The notes beneath the pieces were generated by a model. That model was not told the DNA's origin, did no database searches, and worked only from the letters and a program-made list of their open reading frames with translations. Both the position numbers and the translations under genes were made by a program. From Hyphochytrium catenoides (taxonomy: Eukaryota; Protista; Hyphochytriomycota), in contig FLMG01002282.1 in NCBI GenBank assembly GCA_900088475.1, positions 1 through 39,095 of the forward strand: a DNA stretch of 39,095 nt, in the 5' to 3' direction. Each line of letters starts with the position of its first letter. Position 1 is the first letter of the stretch. Of this stretch, positions 23,193 through 32,200 are shown in pieces.

Positions 23193-24584
23193 CTTGTCTC
23201 CTTATAATGGGAAAGTACAAGTGTCACAATGCCGTCGTGGCTTCTGTTGGTCTTGGAATCTTCTTAAATGAGGCTGTGGTACACTTTGTCTCCTCGGCTG
23301 CAGAGTTTGTAGGCATTCTTGCTGTGGCTCCACTTGTTGGCGGTGTCATAATCCGCCGTACCTTCTGTTCTGCTACGGCTTGGGCTGTTGACCTCCTTAC
23401 AAGAGAACTAGGACTAAGCCGATTAGCCTTTCTCTCATCTGCGACCGACAAAGTCCCCTTCAAGAACTAGAAGTTGATACAGTGGAGGTCTACACTTGCA
23501 CGTTTGACCATGTCCTGCATCCAGTGGCGTCGTCCATACATGTATTCCCATTGTAGCGAAACAGTAGTTCTACATCAATAGTACTCGGAGTAAGAAGGAT
23601 GGTTCAGTTCTGAAGCTTTCTTCAAAGAATCTAAACTTTGATGCAAATGTTTCTGAGGTTAGCTGTCTAATGACAGCCTTGAGGATGAAATGATGAAGAG
23701 GATGAAAGCAACCTTCAACTATAAGAACTTCTGAATGCTCGAGTAGTTCTACTACTGATACCACTAAGGAAGGGGTTTCTAACAGAACTAAAGACCACTA
23801 GTAGAAGAAAGTTGCCTTCCGATAGAAAGTCTACCTACTCGCCACGCGCTAGAGTGCACAATGATCACAGAGCTAATGAAGTGGTAATAAGAGGCACTCA
23901 CGTGCATTTATTATTATGCACAGGTCTAAGAGTCTAAAAACTGTTCTATAAGACAGAAGCGTGTTCTAGACAAGTTCTTGAATGGTTGAGGCCTACAGTT
24001 GGGCAAGGTTGACCCGAACCTATGCGGTCTACGGGACGAAATCATGCAGCAGGGAACTTGCATGTTTGAGAGGGCCGCCTGAGCATGATATTGGCGCCGT
24101 GTTTCTATAAAGAAAAAACGTCAGAAGTAAAAGTGTTATAGGGGCATGGAAGAGCCAGAGGGTCGAAGAACTAGGACTAGGTGATCCTGCGAGGCGGAAG
24201 CAGGTTCTCAGGGTGACTAGACTCCGTATCTGTATCCGTCAATGTAGACCTCCGACCTCCGCAGCAGCCAGGGACGAGAAGGATACAAAGCGAGTCAGCG
24301 GGTTAGCAATTTTCGCTTCGGCTGGCCAGGCAGCTCCGACAAGGTTCACAGAGGAAGACTTCTTAAGTGATTCTAGGGGACTTTTCTCTTGGATTGAACC
24401 TTACCGACTGTTTACCATCGTAACCAGGGATAAATCTATCTCAGGGAGGAGGAGAGAGGAGAAGTGGGAGAGCAAGCGAAGAGTTGAGGGGATAGAATTC
24501 TATAGAACAAGAGACGAGAGCAGCCCCCTTCGTAGTAAGAGCTACAATGATAGCCAACTGTCGGGCCAGGGAACTCAGACTAAC

Positions 24585-24616
24585 TGTCCTCGTCGGCGTT
24601 GTCCTCGTCGGCGTTG
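24585..24616 (+). repeat. Perfect 15-bp tandem duplication (tgtcctcgtcggcgt x2)
   Basis: Directly visible. Confidence 0.92.
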
Positions 24617-24682
24617 CTTATGATAAATACTGCACGACGACGCTCGTACAGATAGAAAGAGTCAGCCCCATCGTTTGTTCCT

Positions 24683-24738
24683 GACAGCTAGCTCATGTGA
24701 AGGCCGCACCCGGACAGCTAGCTGATGTGAAGGCCGCA
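24683..24738 (+). repeat. 30-bp-period direct repeat (gacagctagct[c/g]atgtgaaggccgca x2)
   Basis: Two 26-nt copies at 24683 and 24713 with one mismatch. Confidence 0.92.
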
Positions 24739-26042
24739 TCCCCTTGAGCGCCTTCCCCTATTTTCCACCCTCCTGATCCTAGCGCTTGCTCAAGACATCA
24801 AGCCAGAGCTTGATAGTCAGAAGAGTATATGGCGCAGGTGAGAGGAAGTAAATTAGATGGAAAGGAAGAGAGATAAGCTGCCCAAGCAAAATGACGGAAG
24901 ACAAAGGGCAACTGGGAGTGAGTGATTGGGAGAAGATGTATTTTAGTAGACCCTGCCTCCAAGGTAAAAAGATCTTACCGATATAAAAGAACTTTTAGAG
25001 AAGAGAGCAAAGAAGTGCGGATTAGTCTTCTTGCCATATCCCGGGAATGTACCTTTGAAACAAAATTCAAAGCAAAGGTAAACCCTACTACTCCCTCAGG
25101 TCTCCCACGTGATAATGGATGCATGTTTGGCGTGCTGACGCAGTTTAACCCTTCTGCTCACTAGCTGCCCTCTGGATTTTGCTGCGCACGATATCCCTTT
25201 TCCCCTCTCTATTCCTGTGCCAGATATCCAAACCCTTCCTTTGTAGCGCTTGGTCAGGGTGTGTCAGATGGATGATCATTTGGTGGTGTCGGCTGGGAGG
25301 TTATGCCTCGTTCTTGATTCAGAGTAGTATCACGCTGCATGTGGTCCTGATGATCAAGTTGAGCTACCGATTCACTGTTATTGTGACAGCTAGTCGTCTT
25401 GGTGATGTGTTTTGCTGCTCATCATCACGCGGTCAATTTGCCAAATGTTCGTCCTCATCTTGCGCTACTCCTACTTCCTTCCTTTGGCACAATTTTGTAG
25501 TACAGGTACCTTTCTACCTTGATCATTGGTAACTGGGAGCAGCCTCATCATTAGGTGAATGGCTGCTATCTACTAGCTGTCCAAGCCCAGACAAGAAGTC
25601 TATATGTTACCGACCATACCTAAGATATATGGCCCCTTTACCTTTTTCCTATCATCTATCGTCCTGATGGTCGCTTGTTGCTAGGATCTATTGATGAAGT
25701 GCTGCATCATCATAGGGTACGGAGGTGCGCCTTCAAAACTCAGAAAGGAAGCAAAGCAGTCTCGATGATAATTAAGTTTGCCTCTTGGGGCTATGAGAAC
25801 TATGAACCGAAGTCGTTCAAGACAAAAGCATTCAAACTGTTTATTTTAGCTTTGCAATGATGGGATGCAGAAGCCCTTTCTTCAGTCCTAAATCTGACAT
25901 TCTTTCTCTTCTGGGGAGAGCACGAGGGTTCACCGTCCCCATCTCCGTCACTCGTCCTTCTACCTTCTAATTGAAAACTAATAGAAAAACCGTCTACCTC
26001 TAATTCGCCCACCATAAAGGCACCACCGTCTTTCGGTAACCT

Positions 26043-28529
26043 TTAGAGCACCTGCATAATGAAGGGTGAGACGGGCTGGTCTCCTTGCCGCGAATAGAGA
26101 GGACAGAGCAGGACACCAGTAGCAGGGGAGCATGGTGCAGTGTACCAGTTGTATCTCACTGCAATAGGCAGAGCATCGGCCGCTCCGCCTCTCGTGCCCC
26201 AGCCTCTTTCCTTCCAATCCCTTTTTCTAACATAAACCGCGGATCTGTCTTCGTTCAGTCCTTCAATAACAGCTTCCTCCCAACCTCCAGAGGTCTTGAG
26301 CTCGAACCCATTACTCGCCTTCAGAACCAGACCACCCCAAAGGTTATCAAAAGATATCACAACCTGACCCTTTGAAGCATCGAAAGCGGCCGAAAGTGGC
26401 CGTGGGCCGGACCACTGCAGGTTATTCCAACCGTAAGCGACTGCTAGGGCTCCAAGAACTAGCCTCTTGGCTACGGGCTCCTTGTCTCTGGGGTGGATGT
26501 CGCCATAGAACCCAACAGGGTCGCCGTAGTCCAAAGCGACAGCCATGAAGGTCCGTGGCATTTTGTAGTTGGGAACCCACCCTACTCCGGCCGTCTGACC
26601 CCACCGTACGGTGGCAACTGTACAACTCTCTTCTGGCTTGCATGTCGCGTTGCGATGGACGTCCCAGGGTTCTAACTGTACAAACCCGACCGGAAGATCT
26701 GATGATGCCCCAACGTTGGCCCAACGGCGCCTCCACTCAGCGATGAGGGCAGGAAACCTGCACGAGTATTTGTCTGCATCCACTTGATCTACGACATCGC
26801 TTTCTCCTTGATACCTGCAAGGACGGAAAGGCGATCAAAAAAGGGGCGGACAGAGGAGAGGACAGCCAGGCGGCAGGACTTGAAGCAATTGATGCCAGAG
26901 GCCTCAGGGCTAAGAGTTGTGCAGACCTTGATGGCCTTGGTCGAAGGAAAAGTGAACTTATAAAGACCAGTGGAAAGAGACAAGTTGAGTCCGCATGACA
27001 GCGGCTAATCTATTGGTTTGCGCTAAAAGCGGGCACTAGCAAGGAGGAGTACGAGAACAGGAGAAAGTCAGACACTAGAATGTGGAACGAAAAAAAGCCA
27101 GATGATCCGTTGAGGAGCAAGTGGATCTGTGCGAACGAAAGCAACGGAAAGAACTGAGAGGTAAGCAGATGAAGAGAGGCAGCGGAGGCAAAAAAAGTGT
27201 GGTTGTACCAAATGAGGCCGAAGATGGGGCTAGATGTAAGAGGTTGGATCATAGAGTTCCATAAGACGGACTCTCGTTGAAGGTTGGGATCACTTCCCGG
27301 CGGTCCCGATGGCGGATAGGGCCCTCCACCGCATTGATTCAGCACCTCAGGAGGAGACCAAGCCCGGATAGGCGTGCCTCCAACTGCGGATTGGATGAGT
27401 CCGACCGGATAGTTCAGCTGCTGGTAAAGTCGTAAACCATAGAACCAACACATGGCGCTAAAGGGACCCCACTCGTTGTTGGGTGCTTGCAAGCTTCACG
27501 CCGAGCAATAGGGTCAAGAGGATAACGACAGACAAGGGAAAGAAAAAAGAAGAGAAAGGAGAAAGAGCCATTAGATAAAAGCAAGAGTGGTAGAGAACAG
27601 AGCGTCCTCATAGATCAAGTATAAATCAAGGAGAGTGCAGAACAGTAGAAAGAACAGAATGACTGAGAATCAAGCTCCATAGCACACCAGATAGCGGAGT
27701 GCGTAGAAGCACAACGCTCTTTCCGCGGTGGGACTCTCCCTAGTGGTCTTAGTACAATCTCCCCCTCCTACTACTATCTCTAAGTGGCATTACCTTGACT
27801 TTGTGGGCCGTGACCAAGGCAGCTCAACTACGCGCGCTTCATCTAGTGGCTGCTCACTAGGTAGAGGAGCTAAAGACATGAGACGGATCTGGGGAAACTT
27901 TTCTCCCTCTCTGACTGCGTCTGCACCTCCGAAGGCCTGATGTAGACTGAACTGCATATTTGACTGTCCCGAACAGACCCAAACATCCCCAACCAGAACA
28001 TCTTCTATATTAGCTTGCAAGAAGTACTGATCATTGTCATTGTTTGTCGTTTGCGCATCTTGCATCTTTAGCTGCACGCTAAAGGTGTGCCCTGTGTTTG
28101 AGGCAGGAAGGGCTGGGAGGCGTGCCTCCCATCGCCAGGAAACGGGGGAGGATCCTGCTCTGGCGGTCAAAGTAGCCTTGAAGGTTTGCCCTGGATAAGC
28201 AGAGCCAGTGACAATGACCACTCGCCGTTCTACTTCTGCGGGTGTGTAGTAGCCCCAAAGGACAATCGGTGTGGGAGCCTTCTGCAACACCATGTGGGAG
28301 CCAAAGAGATTAGCAAACCGTAGCTCCCCTCCCCTGGTGCCATGAACAATAGGTCTACGGACGGCATTCTGCTCCTCAATTTCCCTGGCTCTGAGAAGTG
28401 AAGACTATGCGACTGATTCGTAGTGTTGCCTGTCCTGGTGCAGGGTAGCGCCTCCCCACCAAGAACACTAAACCGCTGGAGGTTTAACACCACAAGGCCG
28501 AGCGAACTGACAAGAAGAGAATACTTCAT
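26043..28529 (-). CDS. Sialate O-acetylesterase-like (SASA/SGNH) carbohydrate esterase; exons about 28404-27794, 27493-27209 and 26814-26043, plus an unresolved 5' segment from ATG 28529
   Basis: Spliced reading gives LRFANLFGSHMVLQKAP...DVLVGDVWVCSGQSNM (catalytic Ser)...FSAMCWFYG...PVGLIQSAVGGTPIRAW...LWNSMIQPL...IW|YQGESD...LPVGFVQL...GDIHPRDKEPVAKRL (catalytic His). Both junctions are phase-2 compatible GT-AG introns. The signal-peptide-like MKYSLLVSSLGLVVL at 28529 is in a different frame from the catalytic exon. Confidence 0.88.
26815..27208 (-). other. Spliceosomal intron (394 nt) of the acetylesterase gene
   Basis: Donor TG|GTACAA at 27208 and acceptor ctttccgtccttgcag|G at 26815. 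Splicing restores the conserved IWYQGESD motif. Confidence 0.88.
27494..27793 (-). other. Spliceosomal intron (300 nt) of the acetylesterase gene
   Basis: Donor AG|GTAATG at 27793 and acceptor ...cgtgaag|C at 27494 (AAG acceptor). Pyrimidine-rich on the coding strand. Joins ...PTKS-S-LQAPNNEWGPF in frame. Confidence 0.7.
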
Positions 28530-28945
28530 TGCCGGACACTTCTCACGCTGCCCCTGATGTAGCGAATCTAGTAGGAGCAAAAAAGAAAGATCAGCTCCTC
28601 GCGGTCGTTGCGTGGGCAGCGAAGAGCGGCGAGCGAGAAGAGCTGTTGCCAGAAGATTTGCTTGTCACGCTAGGAGGAAAGATCTGAGTGATGAACGAAG
28701 GGTAATGGGAATTCAGGATGACAGAAGTACTTGGACGATGTAGGGAGGATCTGCAACGCCCCCGAGAGATTGCCTGTCCTTTCCAAGAATACCTGGAGCT
28801 CATAGTGCTGACGATGGCCGCGTTTCCTTCGTCCTTCCTTCTTTATGTTGCTGACCTTTCGCGCTTGTTTACAACCCTCCTAGAACTGCCACACCCTGCG
28901 CCCTGATAGCGGTCTGTCCTAGGTTAATAGGTGCAACAATCGGGT

Positions 28946-29278
28946 TCACAGAAGCTAATAAAGTGCACCATGGTTTGAGTGCGTTTGCTTGAAGTTCCAC
29001 TAGGTGGTCATAAGACGAGAGTTAGACAGTTGCAACAAACAAGCACGACACGAGACGTCGATGACGCCGCAGTAGATCTAACTCAGTTCCAGAACGGCGG
29101 GGTGCCAGGACTTGCCTTGCTGTTGAAGGTTGAAGTTATCCCGTTCACTATGTTCCAGTCTCCTCTCACCTCTCCCACGCGATCCAGCTACCCTCAATGT
29201 CTGCCCTCCGATGTGTCGAATCTTAGGGGTGATGTCAGGGAATTGCCGACATCTCGTAAGGTTGCCAAAAACGAGATG
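28946..29278 (-). pseudogene. Decayed coding fragment of unknown family (three in-frame TAG)
   Basis: ...ERDNFNLQQQGKSWHPAVLELS*IYCGVIDVSCRACLLQLSNSRLMTT*WNFKQTHSNHGALY*LL* with strongly C-ending codons. The listed + ORF 28979-29380 is its in-register antisense shadow. Confidence 0.35.
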
Positions 29279-32200
29279 TTATTGGCTTCCCGATTCTTGG
29301 TCAGAGCTTATTGCCAGTTGCCAGGAATAATTCTGACGAACGAAATTAGTTGCGTTGGTGGTCGGAGTAGAATAGAATAAGGCGGCCATCCTTTTACAGG
29401 AAGGAGTGGTGCAACTAGCTTGCGTGCCAAGTTGCGTGCGTTCCCTGTGCTATCCCTAATAGTCCTCTGCCTAACCCTAACTAATTATTCCTCGTCTCGG
29501 AACTTCTTCTGACCACTTTGGCTCCTATGATGATAGGGGAAGCAGAGAGGCCAGCTTATAGCTCCGCCCGGCTTTGTGTAGAAAAGCTCCTGATCGGGAC
29601 TCTCCCCTTCCTTACTAGTGCCAAAACAGTAGTTCCAACCCTACGCGAGTCCATCTGCTCTACCACTATTTCCACATAGATCTTACCGGTAGTGGAGGAG
29701 GTGGACTCCCTTTGACTCTACTTGTTCGTACCAACTGTAGAACTACTGCCGAAATCAGGTACAATAGTGCTAGAATATAACTGCAGAGTCAGAACCGGAG
29801 CGAAGCAATGGCATGCAATCCAAAGAAGAGGACTATGCACATAGGATTTTTATAGAAATGACGAAAATCTACCTCTTGCCTCTTTTTCTTATTCTTCTCA
29901 TGAGTAGTTCTAGTAGGTGCGTAGGTGGTGCACAGGAATGGAGATCAAGAAAGACGAAAAAGAAAGTCTGGAGAAAAGAAGCGCCGCAGCTCCATTTCCT
30001 CGGTGCAATTGATGAACTATCCTTCGTCTTTTTTCTATTGAGGATGCCACGGCGCTTTTGGAGCATTCCTTACCTGAAACTCGCTGCTCCCCATTCGGTA
30101 TATCTTTTCCAATGATCAATGGATAGTCGGGGATCTTGGGTAAGTCTGCCGTCGCGATGACGATGGTAGACTTACCATCGTTTCCTTTCAAGATTTCCGC
30201 CTGGAACTCTCGAACTCTCTCTTAACCTCCTTCATATCCCAGTCTCCGACGAGAAAGCTGGAGGTCGGTTGATTGTTGGCGCTGCTTCATTGTCCATCAC
30301 GGCCTACCTGCAATCCAGAGCTCTTACTTATACATCCGACCCAGCGTCGCACTGGTTGTTGGGACCGTCTACCAAAGTAAAGACATATGCGTAGCATTGC
30401 CCAAAGGACTCCTCAACTTTGTCCGAAGTAAAGACATTAGGTATGCCTCTTCAGACAGTTGTTCGATGCATGTGTATACACTGCTCTGCGCGTTGTGCCA
30501 TTGCACTTTCATCAGTCGTGTAGTTGTTGGTCACCTGTTGTACCAGATCCCCAACAAGCGCATTCCTTCAAACTGGATCCTTCCTTCCTCTCGCAGACAG
30601 TGGTGCTCAGTACCCAGTGTCCTTTCTTTTCCTCTTACCTTTCCTCCGTCATTATCGCCAAAGACGCTTACTAGTATGATTCTATTCTGATGATGATTCT
30701 AGATAGGAAAAAGTCTGGGATTCCAAGGCTCTGTAGCTCTTCCCGCCCATCTGTTCTTTTCATCATCCGTTATATTTTGCTTTCATGTCTTCTTCGGTCG
30801 GGTTTCCTACTTCAACATGTTGAGTCTGAAGTAGAGAAAATCTAGACCAGGAGGTGGCACTTCATCCCCAACACGCCAAAAGTATTAGCTTCATGCTTAC
30901 ACCTCACAGAGAAAGGAAAGCAGAACAAGAGCAATCAACAATGGGGCGTCAGCAACAGATTGATTAGGGCAAGACAGAAGTTTCGAGCTCCCAAAGTGCG
31001 GGTGCTCTCTTATTCCCATATACCCCATAGTCTCTATTGCCTCGGCCCAATTGTGATGGTCAATAGCCGGGTCCGAACACTGAACTCTTAGCCTTTATTG
31101 CAAGGCGGCAAGAAAAGCTCCTAGTAGGCTACTAATGTCAAGCGCCAGTTGATCTCCTGCTACCCAGGACTTAAACATTCTTGTGCTGTTGTCACGACAT
31201 CTTCTCCCGACAACCTAGTGAGCGGAAGGGAATGCTCTGGTTCGCTTTCCTTTTCTACCAGCAGTTGCACCTTTCTCTTCTATCGGTATTCTTGTTGCTG
31301 CGTAGAGTCTGAAACTCTCACTTCATTTCTAATCCTCATCGCCCATCTGCGGTCTATGATTTCTGCTCTCTCTTTTCTTCGTTTCCTTCCTTCTCTCTCT
31401 CTCTCTCCTTCTCGTTCTTTCTCTCTCTCTATCTTCCTCTCTACCCGTTGGTCCTCACGCTCGCTCACTATTACCTTAGTCGTCTCATCCAAAGCTCCGC
31501 TCTTCTTTGCTTTCTATACAGCTCTCTTCTCTCATTTCATCCCTATGAATCTTCTTTGATTAGGTCTTCTCAAGGGTGTGCACGCTCTTCTCTCTCTCTC
31601 TGATTCCATACAGTCTAACATAATAATCTTCAATCTCCGTCTTCTCCTCATCCCTCTTGCTCTCCTCTCTCGCCGTCTCTTCCCTGCTCTGTTCTATTTC
31701 TCTGTCTGCCTCCACCTCTCTGGGCCTTTTTTTTCCCGTCCCGTCTGGTCCATGTCTTTTTTTTTTGAATCTAGCTGGCTCGTTTCTTTCTGTCGCCCGT
31801 CCCACAGTCTAGTTTTCTATCGGCCTTCCGTATTGACCACCCCCTCTCTCCTCCGTTTCATTTCTCTCTTATATTGCTTCCTTGTATCGGTTCCCTGCGC
31901 TCTGTTCTTTTGTTTTGTGCTACTTGGAGTTGGTTAGGGTTTCACAGTGCGTCATCGCAAGGGCAGAACAAGCCAGGAACTGGGAGCTGTCAGGAGGTAC
32001 GCAAGGAGTAGGAGAGGTCAGCAATTGCAAGGGAACCAAGGAGTGATGGTCAGAAGGAAGAGATCGTCCTGTGCGAAGCAGCAAGGGGATAAAGGTATAT
32101 TAATATATTAATCAGTAATGTAGTGCAAGTGAAGATCTAGGAAATGATGTAGGCAAGAGCAGCAAGAGACGAGAAGAAGAGGAAGAGAAGCTATGATAGA

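Noticed and set aside
24585-24738. CRISPR-like direct repeats
   Set aside because: Only two copies each, no spacers, no cas genes, eukaryotic context.
1003-28529. UAG reassigned to Gln (alternative genetic code), since relic frames contain in-frame TAG and none of the five intact genes ends in TAG
   Set aside because: About 2,000 codons of intact conserved genes contain many CAG/CAA codons but no in-frame TAG, and five stops is too few to show avoidance. Mutational decay is the simpler explanation.
30150-30250. Minus-strand RRLGYEGG*ERVREFQAEILKGNDGKSTIVIAT resembling a RecQ/DEAH Q-motif region
   Set aside because: No Walker A GxGKS/T follows in any frame, and other frames look equally protein-like.
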